This document shows, one piece after another, positions 54,938-64,000 of a stretch of 64,000 nt of DNA. Numbering within the stretch: the first letter of the stretch is position 1; each line of letters opens with the position of its first letter. Under the pieces are notes generated by a model, which did not search any database, had not been told where the DNA came from, and saw only the letters and a list, made by a program, of their open reading frames with translations. Origin of the DNA: an uncultured Gammaproteobacteria bacterium. GTDB taxonomy: Bacteria > Patescibacteriota > Patescibacteriia > Magasanikbacterales > GWA2-37-8. The stretch spans positions 304,523 to 368,522 of the forward strand of contig CAYHBZ010000001.1 in assembly GCA_964355175.1 (NCBI GenBank), written 5' to 3'. A program made the position numbers and the translations under genes.

Positions 54938-54938
54938 A

Positions 54939-55436
54939 TTAGAAAATCTTTACCAAACCCAGGGTAAAAGCCAAAGTAATTAGATTGGAAGCGATTACTC
55001 CAGCCAATAGATACGGCCAAGCTTTTTTGGTGGGCATACCCAAAATAAAAGCGATCAGGGCGGCCGTAATTCCACCATTGATTGGCAAGGGCAAGCTCAT
55101 AAAAATAAACAAACCCCATAGTTCATACTTTTGATATTTAGCAAATTTCTCCTGGGCGTGCAATATGGTTTTCGCCCAAGCTTTTCCAAAAAAACCGGAA
55201 TTTTGAGAGATCCAATTGTGGAATCGTTCAGCTAATAATAAAATCAAAGAAATCGGCACCATATTACCCACCGTCACTATCGCCATGGCTTCCCATGGAT
55301 TCAGATGAAAAACAACCACACCAATAGCCAAAGATACCTTTTCGGTAAAAGGCAACATGGATAGAATAAAAGTAGCAATTTCCGGAGGAAAGCCTTGGAA
55401 AAAATTGACTATATATTGAATGGTTGGATTGTTCAT
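54939..55436 (-). CDS. Small multi-pass membrane protein, possibly of the small multidrug export (COG2426) family
   Basis: The protein has four to five TM segments. The family call is from memory of the pattern and is weak. Confidence 0.5.
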   Translation of the reverse strand: MNNPTIQYIVNFFQGFPPEIATFILSMLPFTEKVSLAIGVVVFHLNPWEAMAIVTVGNMVPISLILLLAERFHNWISQNSGFFGKAWAKTILHAQEKFAKYQKYELWGLFIFMSLPLPINGGITAALIAFILGMPTKKAWPYLLAGVIASNLITLAFTLGLVKIF

Positions 55437-55544
55437 AGATAATCTATAGTTTAGCCTATAAAAACTCTTTTGACAAATATTGACCTTTTATATGATATAC
55501 GACTGTGCTATGATAGAAATAATTAATTTTTAACCATATAACAT

Positions 55545-55937
55545 ATGGAACTCAATACCCTTTTGTTCCTAGTCGGACGTATCGTATTCGGCGGCTATTT
55601 CATCATGAGTGGCCTCAACCACTTTCAGCATGCGGATATGCTCAGTGGATATGCGGCCAGCAAAGGAGTAAAATCTCCAAAGATGGCGGTATACTTTAGC
55701 GGTTTACTGTTACTGGTTGGCGGCTTGGGCGTATTACTGGGCGTATGGGTACAGTTAGCAGTATTATGCCTAGTACTTTTCTTGTTGCCAGTTAGTTTTA
55801 TGATGCATGCTTTCTGGAAAATTACTGACCAAAATATGAAGATGACAGAGAGTGTCAATTTCAAAAAAAATATGGCATTACTAGGCGCGGCTTTAATGTT
55901 GCTTGCTATTTCTACTCCTTGGCCTTTGTCGCTGTAA
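55545..55937 (+). CDS. DoxX-family membrane protein
   Basis: GRIVFGGYFIMSGLNHF plus three further TM segments is the typical DoxX layout. Confidence 0.7.
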   Translation: MELNTLLFLVGRIVFGGYFIMSGLNHFQHADMLSGYAASKGVKSPKMAVYFSGLLLLVGGLGVLLGVWVQLAVLCLVLFLLPVSFMMHAFWKITDQNMKMTESVNFKKNMALLGAALMLLAISTPWPLSL

Positions 55938-55954
55938 AATAAATAAAAATAAAA

Positions 55955-55983
55955 GCAGCCAATCAATTGGCTGCTTTTTTTCT
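55955..55983. terminator. Bidirectional intrinsic terminator
   Basis: gcagccaat pairs with attggctgc (55955-55974). It is flanked by an A-run and a T-run and sits between the convergent doxX and the 2283-aa gene. Confidence 0.6.
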
Positions 55984-55995
55984 TTTTTTTAATAA

Positions 55996-58900
55996 TTAAT
56001 TGATCGGTACAGACACCAAAAGATCTTTTATAAACGCGCTAATACCATCACTTATAATAACCTTCGGTTTAAATACACCCGGCGCAGAATAAGTGTGCGA
56101 TAAAGAACTGTTTATCACCGATGCCGGCGTGATTACCCCGTCGCCAAAATCCCAGGTATATGAATAATAAGGTTTATCTGATTCGTAGAGATAAACATTT
56201 TTAAAGTAAGAATCAAAGACAGCTGGACACCAGGCATTGCCGCAATAAGAAGTAAAGTACATTTCACTGTAAGCTTTGTTGGCCAATAATTTGCCTACCG
56301 GGATTTTGTAATGTTTCCATTGACCATAAGTGGTGTAATCTTTAAAACTGTTGTCTGTATTGGCAGATTCTCCGTATACAGCATTTAAAGCAATATAATT
56401 TTTCACATTCCAATCCGGGTAGCCATTGTCAAAACCAAAGCCGTGGCTCCAGCCGAGACCATTAGATTTGAAGTCCAACTCTACTATCGTACTAGAGGTG
56501 ATGGTATATGGATGATTCACCGCTTTCCACATCATCTTATTTAAATATAGCGTATCGCCATTGTCTTGCGCTTCGCCTGAACCGGAGGCGAACGATGGAA
56601 TGATGTTACGAAGGTTTAATTTACTGAAATCCAATTTAGCCAGTACTTTGGAAGCGGCTCCGCCGGCTGGTTCGGCGGTGAAACTCAGCGCCAGAGATGA
56701 AGTCCCTATAATTGGTGCAGAAAAAACACTGGCCGTAAGCGGTAAATAACCAGAGTTTATATTCACACTCTTGGTATCAATATTTTTACCATCACTCACT
56801 ATCACTTTGGCATTAAAGGTTCCGACTGAATTATAAATATGATTTATAGTATTCATAGCCGGTGAACTTTCTGTCACTACCCCGTCCCCAAAATCCCAAC
56901 TGTAGGAATAATTGGATTTGTCCGATTCATAAACATTAATATTTTTGAAATAAGAATCAAAGACAGCCGGACATGAGCTGTTGCCACAATAGGAATTAAA
57001 GTACATTTCGCTGTAGGCTTTGTTGGCTAATAATTTTCCTACTGGAATTTTGTAGTGTTTCCATTGGCCGAACTCTTTGTAATCATTGAAAGAATTATCA
57101 GTGGTAGGAGATTCGCCGTAAACCGCGCTGAGAGCTATAAAATGTTTCACATTCCAATCTGGATAACCGTTATCAAAACCAAAACCGTGACTCCAACCCT
57201 TGCCATTGGATTTGAAATCCAATTCTACCACGGTATTAGGTGTAATTGTATGAGAGTAATTTACCGCTTTCCACATCATTTTATTTAGATAAAGAGTGTG
57301 CCCATTATCTTGAACTTCGGCGGATCCAGACGCATAAGATGGTATAATGTTGCGGAGATTTAATTTGCTAAAGTCTAAAGCTAAAACCTGTTTACCGGCT
57401 CCATCAGTCGCGTTGGCAGAAAAATCCACCGCTAGCGGCGGCACCCCACTGGTAGAGCTAGCGACAATGGCGGCTTTGAGAGGCAGGTAGCCTGGGCTGA
57501 TAATTACACTTTTAGTGTCAGTATTTTTACCGTCACTCACAATAACTTTCGCGGAGAAATCACCATCTTGTAGATATTGGTGGGTAGTGGCGGCAAAGAC
57601 AACCGAACTTTGTACAGGCGTACCATCCCCAAAATCCCAACTGTAAGAATAATAAGATTTATCAGATTCGTAGACATGGACATTTTTGAAATAAGAATCA
57701 AAGACAGCCGGACATGAGCTGTTGCCACAATAGGAATTAAAGTACATTTCGCTGTAGGCTTTGTTGGCTAATAATTTTCCTACTGGAATTTTGTAGTGTT
57801 TCCATTGGCCGAACTCTTTGTAATCATTGAAAGAATTATCAGTGCTGGCAGATAAACCATATACCGAACTCAAAGAGATATAATTTTTCACATTCCAATC
57901 TGGATAACCATTATCAAAACCAAAGCCATGACTCCAGCCCTTGCCATTGGATTTGAAATCCAATTCTACCATAGTATTTGGTGTAATTGTGTATGGACTG
58001 TTTACTGCCTTCCACATCATTTTGTTTAGATATAAAGCATCACCATTATCCTGGACTTCAGCTGAACCAGAAGCGTAAGAAGGTATAATATTGCGAAGAT
58101 TTAATTTGCTAAAGTCTAATTTAGCCGGCACTTTGGAAGCAGACCCTCCGATTGTTTCAGCACTAAATTTGACTGTGACGGGCGGCACACCAATAGTAGT
58201 GTCCGCGACAAGCTGAACACTCAATGGCATTACATACACACTACTAATTGGACCGACAAAATTACCGGTTAAACTCTCATAACCACTCTTATTCACTGCG
58301 ACAACACTGTAATAATATGATCCGTTACTAGGAAAATTATTATCGGTATATTCTGTTGATGAAACATTGGCAATGTTAGCTAGCGGCATTAATCCTGCAG
58401 TACTACTAACCATCAACTGCGAACGATAAATATTGAAATGATCGAAATTGCCAACAGGATCAAGATATTTGTCCCATTTCAAAACCACCCCGTCTTTAGT
58501 AGAAGTCGCTGTAATATTATTTACACTTTGAGGAATATTAAAATCTTTAGTAAGATCAGCAGTATTGAACACCATTTGTGCGCCATACAAATAACCGCTA
58601 GACCACACGGCCATCAAATTATTTCCGTTGCCGGCCAAAGATACCGCGTCGCTATTAAAATAATTTTGACTGGCTAAATTTATATTCTGTGGCGACAGCC
58701 AACTGCCGTTCGCCAATTTGGTTGTCCAAGCTAAATTAGTTTGACCGCTATTGTTATTATAATTTTGATATACAATCTGCACCTTGCCCTGACCAGCCAG
58801 TGCCAACTTCGGATATTCAGCACTCATACCACTAATAATCGGCGACACTTCTTCATTTGACTTCCAGACCACTCCATTAAACCAGGTGTACATCACTCTG

Positions 58901-61900
58901 GATCGGCTTTGTCCGGAAACTGGATCCTGATAATATTCCCTAAAGGCGTAATGCAAATTATTATTTTCTGATTTCAATACCGGCATATCTACCGAACTAG
59001 TGGACACTATTACCGATGATGACCAACTAGATCCGCTTTTGATAGTATGCTTTATTTTATTTTCGCTTCCCGCTTTATAAACCAAGTGTAATTTATTGTC
59101 GGCTGTCACGGCTAACAAAGGATAACTTGGGTATTGGTCAAAATTAAGATTATTAATAGCCGACCAACTGCCAGACAGGGGTTTAGATATAAAATTGATT
59201 GTTCTATTACCAGAAGTCTGACAACTATCATTCCAAGTCGCACCATCCACCCAAGCGACCGAAGTATTGCCGACACTATCTACAGTAAAATTTGGATCGC
59301 GTGATTCGGTAGAATTATTGGACAAATTAGCCGGACCAACCCATTTACTACCATCAAAATAGTAATGGTAAATTTCCTGATCATTGAAACTAACGCAACC
59401 GCCGCTACCACCGGAACTTTGCCACATCAAATGAGGATTAGATCCGACCATTTTTAACTTTAACGAACTTACAGGACGATAACCGGTTAAGTTGCCGTCG
59501 GTCTGCCACACTTTTTCATAGACAACTATCGGCTCAGTCCAAGTGCTATTTTGGTATTTTAGATACATTAATCTTTCTTTGATTATACGCGGGCTTTGAC
59601 TGAGATTGTCTTCTAAATAACGATACACCACATGAGCGACACCGGAGGAATCATATTCCAACATATATTGATCACGCGAAATGCTAGCCGTGCTAGTGCT
59701 GCTTTCCACTACATATTGAGGCATCGCCCAAGGATCAGCCGGCTTAGCGGACGGATCTTTGATAGTAAAATAATTATCACTGTTATCAATACCTTCTAAG
59801 AAATTTTTTGCGTCCGCGCCGCGTACTCTGATTTTAAATTTATCCCCTGTATAAGATGAACTGAGCGGTATGGCCCAATTATAACTTCCGGTATTTGGAA
59901 TATTGTTAACCAAACTTGTAAATGAATTTGGATATTCTAAATATAAACTTACTTTGGAAACACCGCCGGTTGACGAAGAGGTCCAATTAATCGTATTGGT
60001 CGCGCCCAGCGTAAATATTTCACCGCCGTTTGGTGAAGTCACCGTAAAGGTGGGAGCTGTGCCGTCGATTATTTCAAACGGCCCCCATTCTTTGGAAACA
60101 GATTCATTGCCACGAAAATCTCTTAAGTTGCCTTTTATTTTATAACCAGTACCTAGAGGTAAATCCGTTGGCACATACCATTTCATTTCCGCGTAATTAT
60201 TTACCGCTTGATTCACGGCTGTTCCCAAAAATTGCCAGATTTGATTCGTCGGATTCCATAGATAAAAATCCCCTTCCTTAATTCCCACATTATCCGATCC
60301 AAAGGTTAATAAACTATATTCTTGTTGATTTTTTACTTTATAAGTAGTCGCCCAACGTAATTCCGTGGCGGAATTTACTGGCGCAACCGTATCTGATTTT
60401 AAATGTGAAAAAAAACGAATATTAGTAGTGGTGGCATTTGGTGAAACATCGAAAGACTGACGGAAACCGTCATATTGTGTTTTTTCTATATATCCAAACA
60501 ACCGGCCATTATTATATCCTCCTTTGCTAAAATTTCCATCATTGTCTGTACTGACAGAGCCCGTACCCTGAGTAAACCCACCTACATTAGGAAATTTTTC
60601 TTTATCCAAAGTAACAAATCCGCTAATTCCACCAACATATTTACTGTCAGTGGCACTCATCTGCACCGACACTGGATTGGAATAATAATGTAAATTATTG
60701 TTAGTATCGAGCACACCCATCGAAAAATCATAAATTACATTCTCTTCAAAATAACCTATTATATATTTACTAGGATCATAACCGGTGTAGTTCCAGTTGG
60801 TATCGGTTTTTTTCTTGAACATCAAAATATAACCAGCGCGATTTGGATCCGGTTTTGATTGTGGGATAGTGGCAATAACCGCCGGGTTGCCGTTTAGGCT
60901 ATATTTAAAAACGGAAAAATATAACGGCAAGGCGGCGTAACTATTCGCGGCGCTGGCAAAATTAAAATTTTTCGCTATCCAGTTGTCATCATAGTTGGCG
61001 TCCCGATCGCCTTCCGCGTACAATCTAAAATCAACATTGCCGATATAGCCGATAGTATCCGGTATGTTAAAATTAACAACAACGGTTTCGTTTGGCTTGA
61101 TCACCGTACCTGCCGGCAAATTAAATGTCAGACCAGTATTATAATTATCCGCGAAAATATAAAAAGTGGTGGTGGCGACATAATCATATCCTCGATTTTT
61201 TATAGTCACAGTAAAATTTGCCTGACTTCTGTTTACCAAATTACCGGCATTTACCAAATCAACAAAAATTAAATCACCTTGCGCCAAAGCTCGAACAACC
61301 GATAAAGTAGACTTTATTTCCTGGTCAAAACTACCATCAGCCGCCTGACTCAATAAAATATTTTTATTCAAAACAGCCACCTTATCCAAATTCACTTGGT
61401 AAATCTTCCAAGTACTGACAGTCGCGCTTTCATCAATTACATTTTCCACACCAAGCAATCTTTCGTTCGTAGTATCATATTGTGAATTTAAATAATTCAA
61501 CAAACTGTTAATCTTACTCTGAATGGAAATTTGAAATCCTCCATCCGCGGCCAAAGTAAGGGTTTTGAAAGGATACAAATATTGCGCGGTAAAATTTATT
61601 AAATAATAGCTAGGGTTACTATTTTCAGTATAACGCATCGCTCCATCGGATGGGATACTATTGGTTATAAATAATAAAACTTTTGGCAAAGCATCTGAAA
61701 TAGAATAACTTCCGGCCCACAGCGCCCAAGCTACCTGCGCGCTAGTTTCCACATCACTGGCATATCTAGGCTGTAAACCATAGCCGCCGTCTTTATTTTT
61801 TTGCGCGATAATTTCATCCAAAAGCGCCTGGTAAGGCTGACCTAGACCAACCAAAATTCTAGCCTTTATCGCTTTCTCACGCAGATTGACCGGAGCGGTA

Positions 61901-62847
61901 TTTTTCAAAAAATTCACCGCGGCCGTATACTGATCATTATTGGTAAGTTTAAAATCACTTAACGCGAAAACCACTTCGGCCGTAGTCTCATACTGATTAT
62001 AGCGACCAAAACTACCATCGGGATTTTGCTGAGTAGAAATATAATACAAAGCATTATCGGAAGGATACTTTTCAATACCATCATAGCTAGCAATAATCGG
62101 CGTACCGGCACTAACACTCTCTACGCCCAGCCAAGCACGCAAATATTCACCAATAGTAGCCTGACGCCCATTTCTTTTTTTCAAATTTTCTTCAATCGAA
62201 TTTGCCTGTTCGCGAATACCGGCACCAGAGACAGAATATAAATCCAAATCAGATTGTTTTTCGATAAATCTATTTTTTATATCTGCCTTGATAGCTGATT
62301 CGTTCAAATCATGCAGAATATTTCTTTTAGGATTAGCTTTGAGATCTTTGCGCCAATCTACCACACTGTTTAAATTTGGATCAACGGTTTTATTTTGCGC
62401 TACATACGGATGTGCTTCTTTAATTCTGCTGGTCAAAAAATCTCTTTCTATTTTTATCCTATTTTGATCGGAGTTTTTATCGGTAGCAATTTCGCGATAT
62501 TGACCTACCATTTCCTGAATATCTTTAGGTACATGGTATTGATCCATCGCATCAGCGTCCCCCATTTTATGTTTGGGAATAGTTAGATTTTTCAAAGATT
62601 CACTATCGCGACGAGATGAAAACTCAGCGGCCTTTTGCTGATAAACAGAAAAATCCTGTGGCAAAACCACTTCCTGTTCCCAATCTATCGCCGACCAATC
62701 TGTTTCTGGTAAATTTGAAGCGGTAGAACTAACCGACAATACACCCTTGGTATTTTTCACACCGACAGCTTGTGCCAAAGTAGGCAAAAAATTACCTACG
62801 ACTAGGCTGATGATTATAGGTGTGACCAAAAGGCGTTTTAGGAACAT
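55996..62847 (-). CDS. Giant multidomain secreted protein (2283 aa) with prenyltransferase/terpenoid-cyclase-like repeats, a beta-propeller-like region, an Fn3-like domain and three C-terminal modules each ending in a PKD domain
   Basis: The N-terminus is signal-like. QQNPDGSFG, QKNKDGGYG and QAADGSF repeats fit the prenyltransferase-like alpha/alpha toroid pattern. S/W-containing strands recur (SGSSWSS, SGSWSA, NGSWLSP). An Fn3-like segment is present (VLKWDKY...FNIYRS...YYYSVVAVNKSGYES). WDFGDG...VIVSDGKN PKD motifs occur three times. Confidence 0.85.
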   Translation of the reverse strand: MFLKRLLVTPIIISLVVGNFLPTLAQAVGVKNTKGVLSVSSTASNLPETDWSAIDWEQEVVLPQDFSVYQQKAAEFSSRRDSESLKNLTIPKHKMGDADAMDQYHVPKDIQEMVGQYREIATDKNSDQNRIKIERDFLTSRIKEAHPYVAQNKTVDPNLNSVVDWRKDLKANPKRNILHDLNESAIKADIKNRFIEKQSDLDLYSVSGAGIREQANSIEENLKKRNGRQATIGEYLRAWLGVESVSAGTPIIASYDGIEKYPSDNALYYISTQQNPDGSFGRYNQYETTAEVVFALSDFKLTNNDQYTAAVNFLKNTAPVNLREKAIKARILVGLGQPYQALLDEIIAQKNKDGGYGLQPRYASDVETSAQVAWALWAGSYSISDALPKVLLFITNSIPSDGAMRYTENSNPSYYLINFTAQYLYPFKTLTLAADGGFQISIQSKINSLLNYLNSQYDTTNERLLGVENVIDESATVSTWKIYQVNLDKVAVLNKNILLSQAADGSFDQEIKSTLSVVRALAQGDLIFVDLVNAGNLVNRSQANFTVTIKNRGYDYVATTTFYIFADNYNTGLTFNLPAGTVIKPNETVVVNFNIPDTIGYIGNVDFRLYAEGDRDANYDDNWIAKNFNFASAANSYAALPLYFSVFKYSLNGNPAVIATIPQSKPDPNRAGYILMFKKKTDTNWNYTGYDPSKYIIGYFEENVIYDFSMGVLDTNNNLHYYSNPVSVQMSATDSKYVGGISGFVTLDKEKFPNVGGFTQGTGSVSTDNDGNFSKGGYNNGRLFGYIEKTQYDGFRQSFDVSPNATTTNIRFFSHLKSDTVAPVNSATELRWATTYKVKNQQEYSLLTFGSDNVGIKEGDFYLWNPTNQIWQFLGTAVNQAVNNYAEMKWYVPTDLPLGTGYKIKGNLRDFRGNESVSKEWGPFEIIDGTAPTFTVTSPNGGEIFTLGATNTINWTSSSTGGVSKVSLYLEYPNSFTSLVNNIPNTGSYNWAIPLSSSYTGDKFKIRVRGADAKNFLEGIDNSDNYFTIKDPSAKPADPWAMPQYVVESSTSTASISRDQYMLEYDSSGVAHVVYRYLEDNLSQSPRIIKERLMYLKYQNSTWTEPIVVYEKVWQTDGNLTGYRPVSSLKLKMVGSNPHLMWQSSGGSGGCVSFNDQEIYHYYFDGSKWVGPANLSNNSTESRDPNFTVDSVGNTSVAWVDGATWNDSCQTSGNRTINFISKPLSGSWSAINNLNFDQYPSYPLLAVTADNKLHLVYKAGSENKIKHTIKSGSSWSSSVIVSTSSVDMPVLKSENNNLHYAFREYYQDPVSGQSRSRVMYTWFNGVVWKSNEEVSPIISGMSAEYPKLALAGQGKVQIVYQNYNNNSGQTNLAWTTKLANGSWLSPQNINLASQNYFNSDAVSLAGNGNNLMAVWSSGYLYGAQMVFNTADLTKDFNIPQSVNNITATSTKDGVVLKWDKYLDPVGNFDHFNIYRSQLMVSSTAGLMPLANIANVSSTEYTDNNFPSNGSYYYSVVAVNKSGYESLTGNFVGPISSVYVMPLSVQLVADTTIGVPPVTVKFSAETIGGSASKVPAKLDFSKLNLRNIIPSYASGSAEVQDNGDALYLNKMMWKAVNSPYTITPNTMVELDFKSNGKGWSHGFGFDNGYPDWNVKNYISLSSVYGLSASTDNSFNDYKEFGQWKHYKIPVGKLLANKAYSEMYFNSYCGNSSCPAVFDSYFKNVHVYESDKSYYSYSWDFGDGTPVQSSVVFAATTHQYLQDGDFSAKVIVSDGKNTDTKSVIISPGYLPLKAAIVASSTSGVPPLAVDFSANATDGAGKQVLALDFSKLNLRNIIPSYASGSAEVQDNGHTLYLNKMMWKAVNYSHTITPNTVVELDFKSNGKGWSHGFGFDNGYPDWNVKHFIALSAVYGESPTTDNSFNDYKEFGQWKHYKIPVGKLLANKAYSEMYFNSYCGNSSCPAVFDSYFKNINVYESDKSNYSYSWDFGDGVVTESSPAMNTINHIYNSVGTFNAKVIVSDGKNIDTKSVNINSGYLPLTASVFSAPIIGTSSLALSFTAEPAGGAASKVLAKLDFSKLNLRNIIPSFASGSGEAQDNGDTLYLNKMMWKAVNHPYTITSSTIVELDFKSNGLGWSHGFGFDNGYPDWNVKNYIALNAVYGESANTDNSFKDYTTYGQWKHYKIPVGKLLANKAYSEMYFTSYCGNAWCPAVFDSYFKNVYLYESDKPYYSYTWDFGDGVITPASVINSSLSHTYSAPGVFKPKVIISDGISAFIKDLLVSVPIN
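55999..58230 (-). repeat. Three in-frame tandem copies of a roughly 741-nt (247-codon) module
   Basis: 56941-57103 is identical to 57682-57844, which is 163 nt at an offset of 741 nt. The third copy (about 55999-56740) is clearly diverged. All three copies contain LDFSKLNLRNIIPS...WSHGFGFDNGYPDWNVK...WDFGDG. Confidence 0.75.
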
Positions 62848-62857
62848 ATAATTAAAT

Positions 62858-63517
62858 TTAAGATAACATCCTTATTATTAGAAAACAAAATAGATAAACC
62901 ACTATTGAAAAAAATACTAGGTACATAAAAATATTGCCCATTTCCAATGTATCTAGTTTGCGTTCTACAAAAAATTTTTTATCCGACAATAATTTATTGG
63001 CTTCGTTTGCTATATCAACAAGAAATAATTTCGTAAATTTAGTAGGTAAAAATATCAAATTCTTTTCATAGAACTCAAAATCCGTATCATCGTCGGCATT
63101 ATCTGAAGACGAAAACACAATCGCAATGCTATAATAATAGCTCTTTAAAGATACACTCTTGGTTATAATAAAACGATCTACCATCTTTAATGGAAGACGT
63201 ACCGAATCACACCAAATTTCTCCTGAAACATAATCTATTTTAAAAGCATGCGACCCCGATAGAGCCAAAATATTTTTCAAGATTAGATAAAAAACAAACA
63301 GAACTAAAACAAGGCCAAGATAATCTTTTGGCGCCTGCGGAATTAAACGAGACAGTCCATATCTTTGGTAAGTAAAATAAAAAATTAAGAAAAATACAAC
63401 AAACCACGACAAATTAAGAAAAATAGCGAGATAATTTTTTTGTTTAACAATCAATTCTTGATTTGAATGCTTGACGGAAAATCTTCCAAAAGTAATAATT
63501 TTTTGCAATAAATTCAT
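62858..63517 (-). CDS. Hypothetical membrane protein (219 aa)
   Basis: The ORF has three TM segments (two N-terminal, one C-terminal). I recognise no motif. Confidence 0.5.
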   Translation of the reverse strand: MNLLQKIITFGRFSVKHSNQELIVKQKNYLAIFLNLSWFVVFFLIFYFTYQRYGLSRLIPQAPKDYLGLVLVLFVFYLILKNILALSGSHAFKIDYVSGEIWCDSVRLPLKMVDRFIITKSVSLKSYYYSIAIVFSSSDNADDDTDFEFYEKNLIFLPTKFTKLFLVDIANEANKLLSDKKFFVERKLDTLEMGNIFMYLVFFSIVVYLFCFLIIRMLS

Positions 63518-63523
63518 AATAAT

Positions 63524-64000
63524 TTAATTGATTTTTTTATGCCAATGTAGCTTATCCACTTTTCTAATATTTTCCTCTTCGCCGATAATCTCTAAATATT
63601 CCAATAATTTTATCAATTCATCGTCATCCTCCTGTCCGATAAACTCTTTTACAAATACAGCGTTGCCGTAGTTACGCTCCAATTTTTCTTTAGAATCATC
63701 CACCATAATAATTGAATCCAAGGCATAGCCGGTTTTTTTCTTTATTTTTCGTAAATCTTTTATATTATAAAAATAACCTAAATCGTGATCAAACCGACGA
63801 ACACAATGCTGACTCGTCAAAACTATTTTTAGCTCCCCGAGATCTTTAAAAATAACATCGACAACTTGACCTGCATAGTCCTCGCCTGATGAGGTCCAGA
63901 CCGCAACATCAAATAATTCTAAACACTGCTGTAAAAATTTATCTAGTCCAGGTCTTTTATAAATATTATATTCAAATACCTTAAAATCCGGCTCCCGCCC
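63524..64000 (-). CDS. NIF/FCP1-like HAD-family phosphatase, 5' end cut by the window edge
   Basis: The frame stays open to position 64000 beyond the ORF-track TTG start. My hand translation upstream reads ...YKRPGLDKFLQQCLELFDVAVWTSSGEDYAGQVVDVIF..., followed by IIMVDDS...NAV.V..F. This matches the layout of CTD-phosphatase-like HAD proteins. Confidence 0.6.
   Translation of the reverse strand, partial: GREPDFKVFEYNIYKRPGLDKFLQQCLELFDVAVWTSSGEDYAGQVVDVIFKDLGELKIVLTSQHCVRRFDHDLGYFYNIKDLRKIKKKTGYALDSIIMVDDSKEKLERNYGNAVFVKEFIGQEDDDELIKLLEYLEIIGEEENIRKVDKLHWHKKIN

Noticed and set aside
55999-58230. Diversity-generating retroelement (template/variable repeat pair) or CRISPR array as an explanation for the tandem repeats
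   Set aside because: The repeats are in-frame protein modules of 741 nt without spacers. No reverse transcriptase or cas gene is present in the window, and the differences between copies are not confined to adenine positions.

Overview
The window is AT-rich and gene-dense, and almost all genes lie on the minus strand. I infer a small-genome CPR/Patescibacteria-like bacterium. No database search was possible, so all calls come from reading motifs in the supplied translations and the DNA.

Housekeeping genes recognised:
- Translation and RNA: hisS, rpsU, rpsP, a KH-domain protein, trmD, rsmA, tsaC, prfB.
- Other: lepB, hldD, smc, nrnA, clpP, hsp20, recQ.
- RNA genes: a 16S rRNA and three tRNAs (Ile-GAU, Val-GAC, Ser-GCU).

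Six very large secreted or membrane proteins take up 28,205 of 64,000 nt, about 44% of the window. They are the genes at 1..2708, 2710..4788, 12920..17338, 37993..42189, 43756..51705 and 55996..62847.

Observations most worth a second look:
1. A minus-strand operon (42189 down to 30429) encodes a minimal type IV secretion-like apparatus. It has a VirB6-like protein, a PrgI/VirB3-like protein, VirB4 and a possible VirB8-like protein, and it ends in the competence gene comFC. No VirD4 or relaxase is in the window. VirB4 is divided by a single in-frame TAA. Two tandem surface proteins elsewhere (1..4788) carry T4SS-pilin-like N-termini.
2. A roughly 1.3 kb island of about 65% GC (about 42340..43675) lies between that operon and a 2649-aa Cys-rich giant. 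It encodes two small Cys-containing secreted or lipoprotein-like proteins behind AT-rich consensus promoters.
3. A family of short palindromic elements (GTCATTCC...GGGATGAC) has three copies. Two are inserted in frame inside coding sequences, one in the smc head and one in a T4SS-locus gene.
4. The 16S rRNA is a stand-alone transcription unit with its own promoter, processing stem and terminator. No 23S or 5S rRNA is present.
5. An orphan structured RNA candidate of about 250 nt has a perfect TTGACA-17-TATACT promoter and a terminator.
6. TTATCCACA (DnaA-box) motifs lie 19 to 21 nt upstream of three -35 hexamers.
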